From an uncultured Bacteroidota bacterium (GTDB lineage Bacteria; Bacteroidota; Bacteroidia; AKYH767-A; OLB10): a stretch of 64,000 bases of DNA. The DNA is taken from positions 11,518 to 75,517 of the forward strand of contig CAINEC010000174.1 in assembly GCA_903847585.1 (NCBI GenBank), given 5' to 3'. Below the pieces are notes generated by a model. It did not search any database. It worked only from the letters and a program-made list of their open reading frames with translations, and was not told where the DNA came from. Numbering within the stretch: the stretch's first letter is position 1; every line of letters begins with the position of its first letter. Below are positions 47,081-56,009 of the stretch, piece after piece. The position numbers and the translations under genes were made by a program.

Positions 47081-48184
47081 TTACATCTGCAAAATTATTT
47101 TAAATTCTTCTAAAATTCTTTCAGTAGAAAATCCATCCCACATCGGTGGAATTGCCCCTTTCTTATAGGTGTTTGTATTAATCTCATTAATTTTTTCTTG
47201 TACTTTTTCAATTTCAAAAGGAACAAGTTCATTAGTGCCAATCCATACAGTTGATGGTCGTTCTGTATTTGGTCGGAGTGTTAAGCAAGGAACGCTTCTA
47301 AAAGTGGTTTCTTCTTGGATGCCGCCACTATCAGTAATAACAAAGCTACATCCTGCTATTAACTTTTGGAACGCAAAATAATCTAATGGTTCGGTGAGTA
47401 TTATCATAGGATTAGATTTTACTCTTTCCATTAAACCAAATTGTTGTAGTTTAGATAGCGTGCGAGGATGTATCGGAAAAACTAAATGATGGTGTTGATT
47501 TACATATTCAATAATCTCTAATAATTTAGTCAATCCTTCTTCTGAATCAACCGTTGCTGGTCTATGCATGGTCATTAATACATATCCTTTTTCTTTTATC
47601 TGATACTCGTCAAGAATTTTACTTTCCTGAATTTTATTTTCAAATTCAACAAGTGTATCAATCATCGTGTTACCAACGAAGATGATAGCATCTTTATTCT
47701 TTCTTTCTTTAATCAGATTATCATATCCGCTTTGTTCAGTTACAAAAAAGTAATCGGCAATTTCGTCTGTTAGCAAACGATTAATCTCTTCTGGCATCGA
47801 ACGATCATAACTGCGTAAGCCACTTTCAAGATGAGCCACTATACGATTAAGTTTATGTCCTGCAAATGCTGCAGCAAATGTTGAGTTTACGTCGCCAACT
47901 GCTACTACTACTGCAGGATTAAATTCTTCAATTACTTTTTCTAATCGAATGATTATTTCTCCTATTTGTGTATTGGCCGATGCTTGAGGAATGTTTAAAT
48001 AGTAATCAGGTTCTAATTCAAATTGCGTAAAAAACACATCCGCCATTTTACTATCGTAATGCTGACCTGTATGTACAATTTTTATTTCGAACGGATTCCC
48101 CATTGCTTCATTCACTTTTTTAAAGCGAGTGATCTTTATGAAATTCGGTCGTGTTCCTACTACAATGAGTATTTTATTATTCAT
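47081..48184 (-). CDS. wecB: UDP-N-acetylglucosamine 2-epimerase (non-hydrolysing)
   Basis: KILIVVGTRPNFIKI, HTGQHYD, VGDVNST and TDSGGIQEE motifs. Confidence 0.9.
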   Translation of the reverse strand: MNNKILIVVGTRPNFIKITRFKKVNEAMGNPFEIKIVHTGQHYDSKMADVFFTQFELEPDYYLNIPQASANTQIGEIIIRLEKVIEEFNPAVVVAVGDVNSTFAAAFAGHKLNRIVAHLESGLRSYDRSMPEEINRLLTDEIADYFFVTEQSGYDNLIKERKNKDAIIFVGNTMIDTLVEFENKIQESKILDEYQIKEKGYVLMTMHRPATVDSEEGLTKLLEIIEYVNQHHHLVFPIHPRTLSKLQQFGLMERVKSNPMIILTEPLDYFAFQKLIAGCSFVITDSGGIQEETTFRSVPCLTLRPNTERPSTVWIGTNELVPFEIEKVQEKINEINTNTYKKGAIPPMWDGFSTERILEEFKIILQM

Positions 48185-49966
48185 TTAAATGATGTTTTTA
48201 ATTAAGTCGGCATATTGATGAACGGCCACAATTTTACCTTCCTTCAATTCATAAATGCGATCACAATTTTTTAAAGTTGTTAATCGATGCGCAATAATGA
48301 TAATTGTTTTTTGGGTATTTGATAATTGATCAATTGCATCACTTACCTCTTGTTCAGTTTGATTATCAAGTGCCGATGTTGCTTCATCGAAAATGAGTAT
48401 TTCAGCATTGCGATATAACGAACGCGCTATACTTAATCGTTGTTTTTGACCTCCTGATAGTGAAGAACCTCTTTCACCAATTTTAGTATTTAGTCCTTCT
48501 GGCAAACTATTGATAAAAGAAGTTAATGATGATTGTTCAACAGCACTTTTTAATCTTTCTTGATCAGGATTTGAATCATTAAATGTGATATTGTCAAGAA
48601 TTGAAGCATCCATTAAAAAAATATCCTGCTTCACATAGCCAATTAATTTTCTCCAGCTTTTTAAATGTTCGTCATTTAAAACGGTGTTATCTATTCTAAT
48701 TGCACCCTTAAAATCATTGTGAAATTTTAAGAGGATATTTATTAAGGTTGTTTTCCCTGATCCTGATGAACCAATGATTCCAATCTTTTCTCCTTTCTTT
48801 ATTGATAAGCTTACATCGTTTAAGATGTTGTTTGTCTGGTTGGGAAACTTGAAAAAAATGTTTTCAAGATTGATTGATTCACTAAATTTAATTTCTTCTT
48901 GATTAACTTCTGATTTATTAATTGTATCCTGATATAAATTTAGATTTTCTAATGCCCCTAGATTTTTTTGAATGTAAACCATCGAGCTGATAATTCTATT
49001 CAAGGAAGGCATCAATCGATATGCAGCTGCTGCAAATAAACTTATCATCACAACAGCAGATGCAGTATTATCAGTTAAGAATATCGCATAAATAAAAATT
49101 AAAATAACTCCACTTAATGCTACCATTTCATTTGCACGCATCGGAATTAAATTATGTAAATACGATTTCATGTTAAGCGCATGATAGCTTTTTTGTAATC
49201 GTAAAAATTTATTTTTATAAAACTCTTCTTTGTTCGCTAGTTTAATGTCAACATAACCAAGAACTGTTTGATTTAATGTTCCCATTGATTGTGGGAAAAT
49301 TTTATTCATCTCTAATCCTATATGAGATGATTTGTTTTTTAGCAAGCGATAAATTAACCAGGTAGCGGGTCCAATGATTATAGAAATAAAAACAAATAAT
49401 TTAAAATCATAGATGGCAATGCCACCAACAATTAATAATACAATAATTATTTCTGACAACAGCATTATTAAAGGTAATACCACCCATGTGATATACGATA
49501 TTGGATTATTAATAACATGATGGATGATACTACTGCTTTTTATGTTCGAGAATTGATAATAGTTCAATCCGAAATATTTTTCAAACTGACGTTTAGTAAT
49601 TCCATAAGCAACTTCAGTACTAAACTTTGTTTGCAGGTAGTTTACAAATAATCCGAAAAGTGTTTTGAATAAAAAGAAAAGAAATACACTGATGATTGTA
49701 AACAGCAAGAAGTTTTTTTCATTAGTAAAATGTCCAGCATTGTAAATACTAAACAGTATTTTGTTTTTTAAAATAAGACCAGGCTCAGTAGCTAATTTTA
49801 CTAATGGAAGAATCGAAGCAAGTCCGAATACATCGAGTATTGCTGAAATAAAAATTAAAATAGAAAGTCCAATCATCTTCTTTTTTTGAGAAGATGTTAA
49901 ATGAACTTTCAAACTTTTTATTGCCTTTGACAGTGCGTTGCTTCTGTCAACTTCGTGCTCCTCCAT
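48185..49966 (-). CDS. ABC exporter, fused permease/ATPase (MsbA-like type I exporter)
   Basis: Six-helix TMD followed by Walker A GSSGSGKTT, signature LSGGQKQR and Walker B ILIFDEATSALD. Confidence 0.9.
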   Translation of the reverse strand: MEEHEVDRSNALSKAIKSLKVHLTSSQKKKMIGLSILIFISAILDVFGLASILPLVKLATEPGLILKNKILFSIYNAGHFTNEKNFLLFTIISVFLFFLFKTLFGLFVNYLQTKFSTEVAYGITKRQFEKYFGLNYYQFSNIKSSSIIHHVINNPISYITWVVLPLIMLLSEIIIVLLIVGGIAIYDFKLFVFISIIIGPATWLIYRLLKNKSSHIGLEMNKIFPQSMGTLNQTVLGYVDIKLANKEEFYKNKFLRLQKSYHALNMKSYLHNLIPMRANEMVALSGVILIFIYAIFLTDNTASAVVMISLFAAAAYRLMPSLNRIISSMVYIQKNLGALENLNLYQDTINKSEVNQEEIKFSESINLENIFFKFPNQTNNILNDVSLSIKKGEKIGIIGSSGSGKTTLINILLKFHNDFKGAIRIDNTVLNDEHLKSWRKLIGYVKQDIFLMDASILDNITFNDSNPDQERLKSAVEQSSLTSFINSLPEGLNTKIGERGSSLSGGQKQRLSIARSLYRNAEILIFDEATSALDNQTEQEVSDAIDQLSNTQKTIIIIAHRLTTLKNCDRIYELKEGKIVAVHQYADLIKNII

Positions 49967-49983
49967 TTATATTAATTCAGTTA

Positions 49984-52287
49984 TTAGGAGTAGTAACCTG
50001 CGCCATAACCTGACGGAATGTTTTTACTGCTTACTCCGTTAAGTACAATCGACATATGCTTGATTTCGTTTTTCTCTACTAATTGATGTGCGATATCAAT
50101 GAAGTCGCGTTTAGAAACACCTGCTTTCATCACAAATATATTTACATCTGATTGCTTCATTAATACAAGCGCATCTGACAATAATCCAACGGGAGGTGTA
50201 TCTACAATTACGTAATCGTAAATTTCTTTTAATTCATTTAATAATTTTTCAAGATTCTCATCTAATATTAATTCAGATGCATTTGGTGTGCGTGGTCCTG
50301 ATAAAATTATTTTTAGATCTTCAATTCCACTATCTTTTGTAATCTGATTTAACGTTGCTTTTCCAACGATGTATGAAGTTACACCAACATCATTTTGTAA
50401 ATTGAAAGCATTTGCTTGTTTAGGTTTATGTAAATCTAAATCTAATAGCACTACTTTCTTTTTTGCTCTTGTTAAAATGGTTGCAATATTTACCGCTGTG
50501 AAAGTTTTACCTTCACTAGGCATTGTTGAAGTAACAAGAATAACTTTGTGCTTCGACTTACTAGCAAAGTAGGAGAGATTGGTTCGTATGACTCGGAACG
50601 CTTCCGCTATTTGACTTTGAGGGAATTTATCCACCATTAAATACTCATCTTCAGCTTCTTTACTTTTTCCTATAACACCAATGATTGGTAATTCTGTTAC
50701 TTCTTTAATATCTTCTTTTGAGAATACATAATTATAATATATTCCTTTGAAGAAAATAATTAATAACGCTAATGCCAATCCGCCACCAATTCCTGCAGCT
50801 AATGTCATAACGGGTAATGGATGTAATAATCCGTTGCCATAGGCTGATTCTAAAACAATTTTATCAGCAACAATACTTGCTTTTGCAATGATTGTTTGCG
50901 CTCTCGTTTCTAATAAGAATTTATAAATTTCAGAGTAGATCTCTACATTACGATTAATATTTACAATACCACGTTGTGTTGAAGGCATCTGACGTAAAGC
51001 ACTATTGTAAGAACCGATTTGTCCACTGATGCTATTAATTTTATTAACTAAGTTTTTTCTGATGTTTAATACAATTCCAGATATTTTTTGCTTTGATCGC
51101 GAAATCATCTGGTCATTTTCTACAACTGATTTAGAACTTTCCGTATTGCTAAATAATAAGTTAGAACGTTTTTGTTGCAATGCATACAATTCATCAAATG
51201 CACCTTGCAACCCTGGGTCGTTTGCTTCTGCTAAAACAGAAGGAGAGATAGCCATATTCTCTCCGTTTGAATTCGTTAGATAATCATACATCATATCTAC
51301 CGACTTCAGCTGAATATTCATTCTTGCTTTTTCAGAATCAAAATCAACAACACGTTGAAATAACATACCTGACTCTTCACCTAGGTTTAATGTTGTACGA
51401 CTTTTTTGAAACGATTCAAGATTGCTTTCAACATTATTCAATTGATTTTCTACATCGGCTAATTGAGCATCAATAAAACGCACTGTATTTTCATTAACTG
51501 TTTTTTGTACTTCAACAGAATTTTCAATGTAATTATTGATAAGTGTATTTAAGAAATCAACTGCTTTGTCTTCTACCTCATCTTCTAAAGAAATTTTAAT
51601 AACAGTTGCTGTTTGATCTTTTTCAATTGTTAAAGCATCTTGATATTTCTTAATTAGTTTATCATGATCTTTAAATTTAAATATATATGGAATTTCACTA
51701 ATTTTAGCATTGCGATTTATAATAGTAGAATCGGGATTTACAATGAATGAAAATTTTTCATTGATTACAGGAACGCCAAATTTAGATTGGCGCTTGAATT
51801 TGTATTCGTCAGTGTTTATCTCAACAATAAATGATTGTTGATTTAAAATTTTAATTTCGAAAGGAACATTATATAAATTCTTGTCAGTTAGTTTGCCTAC
51901 TACTGTAAATGGGGTTCCTTTGTATACTTCTCCGGTTTTTATTCTTCCTTCAATGTAATAGCCAATGTCTAAGTTTAATTTATTTATTGTCTCGTCGATT
52001 AATTTAGTCGACTTAATAATTTTTACTTCATTGGCAATATCTTCCTTTCTTGGCGCAGTTGGTAAAGACTCGCTTAGCGCATCTTTGAAAGGATCTTTTT
52101 GTGGCTTTATTAATAACTCTGTGGTTGCCCCGTAAAATTTAGTTGCGTTATAAAGGTATGCTCCACCGATTATAACTCCTAGTCCAATAAAAATTGCAAA
52201 CCAATACCAGTTTTTGGTAATAGTAGATAAACCTTTTTTGATGTCTTTCGAATCAATAAGATTGTTAGCGCCCATTTTCTTTTCCAT
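49984..52287 (-). CDS. wzc: Polysaccharide co-polymerase / tyrosine autokinase (Wzc/GumC-type PCP-2a)
   Basis: N-terminal TM helix, a Wzz-like coiled-coil periplasmic region, a second TM helix, and a cytoplasmic kinase with Walker A TSTMPSEGKTF and DTPP. The tail is Tyr-rich (GYGAGYYS). Confidence 0.85.
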   Translation of the reverse strand: MEKKMGANNLIDSKDIKKGLSTITKNWYWFAIFIGLGVIIGGAYLYNATKFYGATTELLIKPQKDPFKDALSESLPTAPRKEDIANEVKIIKSTKLIDETINKLNLDIGYYIEGRIKTGEVYKGTPFTVVGKLTDKNLYNVPFEIKILNQQSFIVEINTDEYKFKRQSKFGVPVINEKFSFIVNPDSTIINRNAKISEIPYIFKFKDHDKLIKKYQDALTIEKDQTATVIKISLEDEVEDKAVDFLNTLINNYIENSVEVQKTVNENTVRFIDAQLADVENQLNNVESNLESFQKSRTTLNLGEESGMLFQRVVDFDSEKARMNIQLKSVDMMYDYLTNSNGENMAISPSVLAEANDPGLQGAFDELYALQQKRSNLLFSNTESSKSVVENDQMISRSKQKISGIVLNIRKNLVNKINSISGQIGSYNSALRQMPSTQRGIVNINRNVEIYSEIYKFLLETRAQTIIAKASIVADKIVLESAYGNGLLHPLPVMTLAAGIGGGLALALLIIFFKGIYYNYVFSKEDIKEVTELPIIGVIGKSKEAEDEYLMVDKFPQSQIAEAFRVIRTNLSYFASKSKHKVILVTSTMPSEGKTFTAVNIATILTRAKKKVVLLDLDLHKPKQANAFNLQNDVGVTSYIVGKATLNQITKDSGIEDLKIILSGPRTPNASELILDENLEKLLNELKEIYDYVIVDTPPVGLLSDALVLMKQSDVNIFVMKAGVSKRDFIDIAHQLVEKNEIKHMSIVLNGVSSKNIPSGYGAGYYS

Positions 52288-52414
52288 ACTTGAATTTATT
52301 GTATTGTAAACAACAGGTGGCGTTTTACGCTGAACCTTAATTTTAGTTTTAGTTCTTTAAAAATATTTTGCTTGTCCCATTTTATCGAAAGAAATTGAAC
52401 AATCAATGTAACAG

Positions 52415-52422
52415 CAAAGGTA
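52415..52422 (-). promoter_or_regulatory. Candidate Bacteroidota -7 promoter box (TAnnTTTG) for the wzc operon
   Basis: The minus strand reads TACCTTTG, about 128 nt upstream of the wzc ATG. An exact match to the 6 fixed positions is expected by chance fairly often in AT-rich DNA, and I found no matching -33 element. Confidence 0.2.
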
Positions 52423-52522
52423 TTCGAGTGTATTCCATCGATTGCTTCAGAATGAAATTGTTATCAGCAATTGGTTGTGAATTATATTTTATTAGTCGGA
52501 AGTTATAAGCTAACATTAAAGG

Positions 52523-52530
52523 TAATTTTG
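52523..52530 (+). promoter_or_regulatory. Candidate Bacteroidota -7 promoter box (TAnnTTTG) for gmd-fcl
   Basis: TAATTTTG lies 32 nt upstream of the gmd ATG in the divergent intergenic region. This is a motif match only. Confidence 0.3.
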
Positions 52531-52561
52531 CATCGATATCTAAGTTTATAGAACGTTTAAG

Positions 52562-53674
52562 ATGAAAAAAGCTTTAATTACAGGAATTACAGGTCAAGAT
52601 GGGGCCTATTTAGCCGAACTATTGTTGGCAAAAGGCTACGAGGTGCATGGTATCAAACGCCGAAGTTCACTTTTTAATACGCAGCGAATTGATCATTTAT
52701 ATGCTGATCCTCATGAGCAAGGCGTACGTTTCAAATTACATTATGGCGATTTAACCGACTCTGTCAATATCATTCGCATCATCAGCGAAGTGATGCCCGA
52801 TGAAATTTATAATCTCGGTGCCATGTCACACGTGCATGTGAGTTTTAATTCTCCTGAATATACCGCCAATGCTGACGCGCTTGGCGCTTTAAGAATTTTG
52901 GAGGCGGTGCGCATGTTAAATCTAACAGATAAATGTAAAATTTACCAGGCTTCTACTTCGGAGCTTTACGGATTAGTGCAAGAAATTCCGCAGCGCGAAT
53001 CAACTCCTTTTTACCCACGTTCCCCTTATGCAGTAGCTAAGTTGTATGCCTATTGGATCTTTGTTAACTATCGTGAGTCGTATAATATGTTTGCGGTAAA
53101 CGGTATCTTGTTCAACCATGAATCGCCATTACGAGGAGAAACATTTGTGACGCGTAAGATAACTCGCGCTGTTGCAAGAATTGCACTTGGGTTACAAGAC
53201 AAAGTGTTTGTGGGTAACATTGATGCCAAGCGCGATTGGGGGCATGCAAAAGATTATGTGGAAGCAATGTATTTAATGTTGCAACAAGAAAAGCCAGAAG
53301 ATTATGTCATAGCAACAGGAGTAACAACCACTGTTCGAGACTTTATTAATATGTCGTTTGCTGAAGTTGGAATTAAAATTCAATGGGAGGGAAGTGAAGA
53401 AAATGAGGTTGGGAAAGTGGCCGAATGTACCAATAAAGAATACCAAGTGCCGGTTGGACAGGTAGTTGTGGCGATTGATAAACGCTATTATCGTCCTGCT
53501 GAAGTAGACATATTAATTGGTGATCCTGCTAAAGCGAAGAAACAATTAAACTGGCAACCTAAATACGATTTACCTGCTATTGTTAAGGAAATGGTGGCTG
53601 CCGATTTAGTCATATTTAAGAAGGATAAATTCTTGCGCGATGGTGGTCATGATGTATTAAACTACAACGAGTGA
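52562..53674 (+). CDS. gmd: GDP-mannose 4,6-dehydratase
   Basis: [42 protein letters not shown] and [10 protein letters not shown] are hallmark Gmd sequences. Confidence 0.95.
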   Translation: MKKALITGITGQDGAYLAELLLAKGYEVHGIKRRSSLFNTQRIDHLYADPHEQGVRFKLHYGDLTDSVNIIRIISEVMPDEIYNLGAMSHVHVSFNSPEYTANADALGALRILEAVRMLNLTDKCKIYQASTSELYGLVQEIPQRESTPFYPRSPYAVAKLYAYWIFVNYRESYNMFAVNGILFNHESPLRGETFVTRKITRAVARIALGLQDKVFVGNIDAKRDWGHAKDYVEAMYLMLQQEKPEDYVIATGVTTTVRDFINMSFAEVGIKIQWEGSEENEVGKVAECTNKEYQVPVGQVVVAIDKRYYRPAEVDILIGDPAKAKKQLNWQPKYDLPAIVKEMVAADLVIFKKDKFLRDGGHDVLNYNE

Positions 53675-54609
53675 TGCAAAAGGATTCAAAAATTTTTGTT
53701 GCCGGACATCGTGGTATGGTGGGCTCGGCTATTGTTAGAAATTTAGCGGCTAAAGGATTTTCGAATATTATTACCCGAACCTCGGCGGAGCTTGATTTAA
53801 GAAATCAGCAATCAGTAAATACTTTTTTTGAAGAGCAGAAACCTGATTTTGTGTTTTTAGCAGCAGCAAAAGTAGGTGGGATTGTTGCCAACAATGTTTA
53901 CCGCGGACAATTCATTTATGAGAATCTGATGATTCAGAGTAATGTGATTCACGCGGCTTATAGTAATGGAGTAAAGAAATTATTGTTCTTAGGTTCATCG
54001 TGTATTTACCCTAAGATGTGCGAACAGCCGATAAAAGAATCTTACTTATTGAATGGCTACCTGGAGCAAACCAACGAGCCTTACGCCATTGCTAAAATTG
54101 CAGGATTAAAAATGGCGGAGTCGTATAAGAGGCAGTATGGTTGTAATTTTATAAGTGCCATGCCTACTAATTTGTACGGACCAAATGATAATTATGATTT
54201 AAATAATTCGCATGTATTACCTGCGTTGATTCGTAAGTTTTACGAGGCTAAAATGAATAATACTTCCGTTGTTGAAATATGGGGAACGGGTACACCTAAA
54301 CGCGAGTTTTTACATGTAGAAGACCTGGCAGAAGCTTGTTTTTTTCTGATGGAAAATTATGATGGCGAAGGACATGTAAATGTTGGAACCGGGGTGGATG
54401 TGACCATTGGAGAGCTAGCTCATAAGATTAAAGAAGTAATAGGGTATGAAGGCCAGTTGATTTTTAATACGGATAAACCGAACGGTACACCTCGCAAATT
54501 ATTAGATGTTGGTTTGATTAACAGTCTAGGCTGGAAACATACCATCGATCTTGACAAAGGAATTCGAATGGTGGTGGATGATCTGGCTGGGAAGGGATTT
54601 GTATTTTAA
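53674..54609 (+). CDS. fcl: GDP-L-fucose synthase (GDP-4-keto-6-deoxymannose 3,5-epimerase/4-reductase)
   Basis: [25 protein letters not shown] and YAIAKIAG motifs. The ATG at 53674 overlaps the gmd stop; the track start at 53671 is a GTG. Confidence 0.9.
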   Translation: MQKDSKIFVAGHRGMVGSAIVRNLAAKGFSNIITRTSAELDLRNQQSVNTFFEEQKPDFVFLAAAKVGGIVANNVYRGQFIYENLMIQSNVIHAAYSNGVKKLLFLGSSCIYPKMCEQPIKESYLLNGYLEQTNEPYAIAKIAGLKMAESYKRQYGCNFISAMPTNLYGPNDNYDLNNSHVLPALIRKFYEAKMNNTSVVEIWGTGTPKREFLHVEDLAEACFFLMENYDGEGHVNVGTGVDVTIGELAHKIKEVIGYEGQLIFNTDKPNGTPRKLLDVGLINSLGWKHTIDLDKGIRMVVDDLAGKGFVF

Positions 54610-54710
54610 TCCTCCTAGGGAAGGCGAATTTGCTCGCGAGGCTTCGCGATGTGGCAATATGCTAATTAAAACTAGCCCATGTCACTTTAATTTCCCACTG
54701 AACCCGCAAT

Positions 54711-55014
54711 CATATTTCAAATTATCAAATTATCAAATTATCAAATTAGCACATTTTCAATCCCGACGCCTCGGGAAGCACATTTTCAAATTATCAAATT
54801 ATCAAATTAGCACATTAGCACATTTTCAAATTTTCAATCCCGATGCCTCGGGAAGCAAATTAGCACATTAGCAAATTAGCACATTTTCAAATTATCCCAT
54901 CGCGAAGCCCTTCGAGTCCCTCAGGGACCGCCTCGCGAGCACATTTTCAATCCCGATGCCTCGGGAAGCAAATTTTCAATCCCGATGCCTCGGGAAGCAC
55001 ATTAGCAAATTAAA
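54711..55014. repeat. In-register octamer array (consensus A[A/C]ATT[A/T][G/T]C) interrupted by GC-rich hairpin cassettes
   Basis: About 24 octamers (aaattatc, aaattagc, acattagc, acattttc, aaattttc). Four copies of the 21-nt cassette aatCCCGAygccTCGGGaagc sit at 54759-54779, 54836-54856, 54949-54969 and 54978-54998. A 44-nt compound cassette lies at 54897-54940. A related palindromic hairpin tcgcga-ggct-tcgcga lies upstream at 54634-54649. Confidence 0.9.
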
Positions 55015-55500
55015 TAAGTGCTTCCACCCATGCCTATCAAGGTATTCACTCATGATTTTTGAATAAAATTGTAGGGTTGAAGAATATTGAGTTAAAAATG
55101 AGTGCTAGCCCCTATGTTTTTTAGGAAACCTAACAGGTTTTTTCGCGTAACAAGGCCCACTATTTCGAATTGTTCATTATTTATTTAGCTGAAAATCAAC
55201 AGCAATTTGGTTAACAACTTCTTTCGTTGGGTGAAAAAAATCACAGAATCTTGCATTAGAAAGTTATATGCCCTAAATTGCATTTACAAATGAGAGTCAA
55301 ATTAATTTGCCTTTCCCGAGTATAATCTGAAAAAGTATTCGCAAAATCTTATCAGAGGTTGAAAAATAAAAAATTGAATAGCGATTATTTAATATCATAA
55401 CGCTATTAAATTGTAAATAAAAAATAATCAATTTGTCTCTTAAAAAAGACAGATTAAATAGAAAGAAAAAAATAAATATATAAAACTAAAATTTAAATAA

Positions 55501-55974
55501 ATGATTAAAAGTATGAACCAAGAGAATCAGAAAGGCGCCTCAAGAGAGGTTGGTCGTGTTCTGATGTTGGTGTCATTGTTTGTTTGCTATGTTGCTTCGG
55601 CGGTAGCAGGAAACAATGCTTCGGGTTCTCTTACGGAGAGCAACACCAACATTGTAGCAAGCCCGGCTTTTTCAGGCGTGTCTGCCGGGCAGTTAGGATC
55701 ATCTGAATCTAATAATTCAGGTGAATTGTTATCTATTGTTAGTACCTCCCGCACTCGTAATGGCGGGATTTTATTTTCTGGAAATTCTGTATTTGGAACC
55801 CATGGTTCTGGATCGGCACCTGTAGGGAATGATGTTGTGGCGGTTTTAAATGGTGGTGCAAAGCAAGAAAGCTTCCTTCTTTATTTATTGGCTGATGTGA
55901 CGAACGTGTCTCGTACAGCTTCTTTATATGCTCCAATGTTCAACTATGCTTCAGAGGAGAAATATCAAGCTTAA
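55501..55974 (+). CDS. Small secreted/membrane-anchored hypothetical protein (S/G/N-rich)
   Basis: 157-aa ORF with a hydrophobic signal-like segment VLMLVSLFVCYVASAVAG and no recognisable motif. It ends 35 nt before the giant adhesin gene on the same strand. Confidence 0.5.
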   Translation: MIKSMNQENQKGASREVGRVLMLVSLFVCYVASAVAGNNASGSLTESNTNIVASPAFSGVSAGQLGSSESNNSGELLSIVSTSRTRNGGILFSGNSVFGTHGSGSAPVGNDVVAVLNGGAKQESFLLYLLADVTNVSRTASLYAPMFNYASEEKYQA

Positions 55975-56009
55975 GAAAAAAATAATAAAACAAACAAACT
56001 AACATAATT

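Noticed and set aside
420-51476. Many 60-120-aa track ORFs nested in or antisense to larger genes (for example 420-716, 981-1241, 3187-3525, 8563-8781, 13527-13757, 14664-15026, 22001-22433, 26159-26434, 33947-34428, 39697-40011, 44180-44901, 51029-51476)
   Set aside because: Each lies wholly or largely within a longer ORF that has recognisable family motifs. None shows motifs of its own. This is typical spurious shadow-ORF behaviour in AT-rich DNA.
54551-54871. 106-aa ORF in the track overlapping the fcl 3' end and running through the repeat array
   Set aside because: Its peptide (KLSNYQIIKLAHFQ... repeated) is just the octamer/hairpin array read in one frame. It overlaps the well-supported fcl gene and has no start context, so I treat it as non-coding.
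54754-54999. Four copies of a ~27-nt hairpin-containing repeat that might suggest a CRISPR array
   Set aside because: The spacing is irregular (77, 113 and 29 nt). The 'spacers' are themselves low-complexity octamers, the repeats are short, and there are no cas genes in the window.
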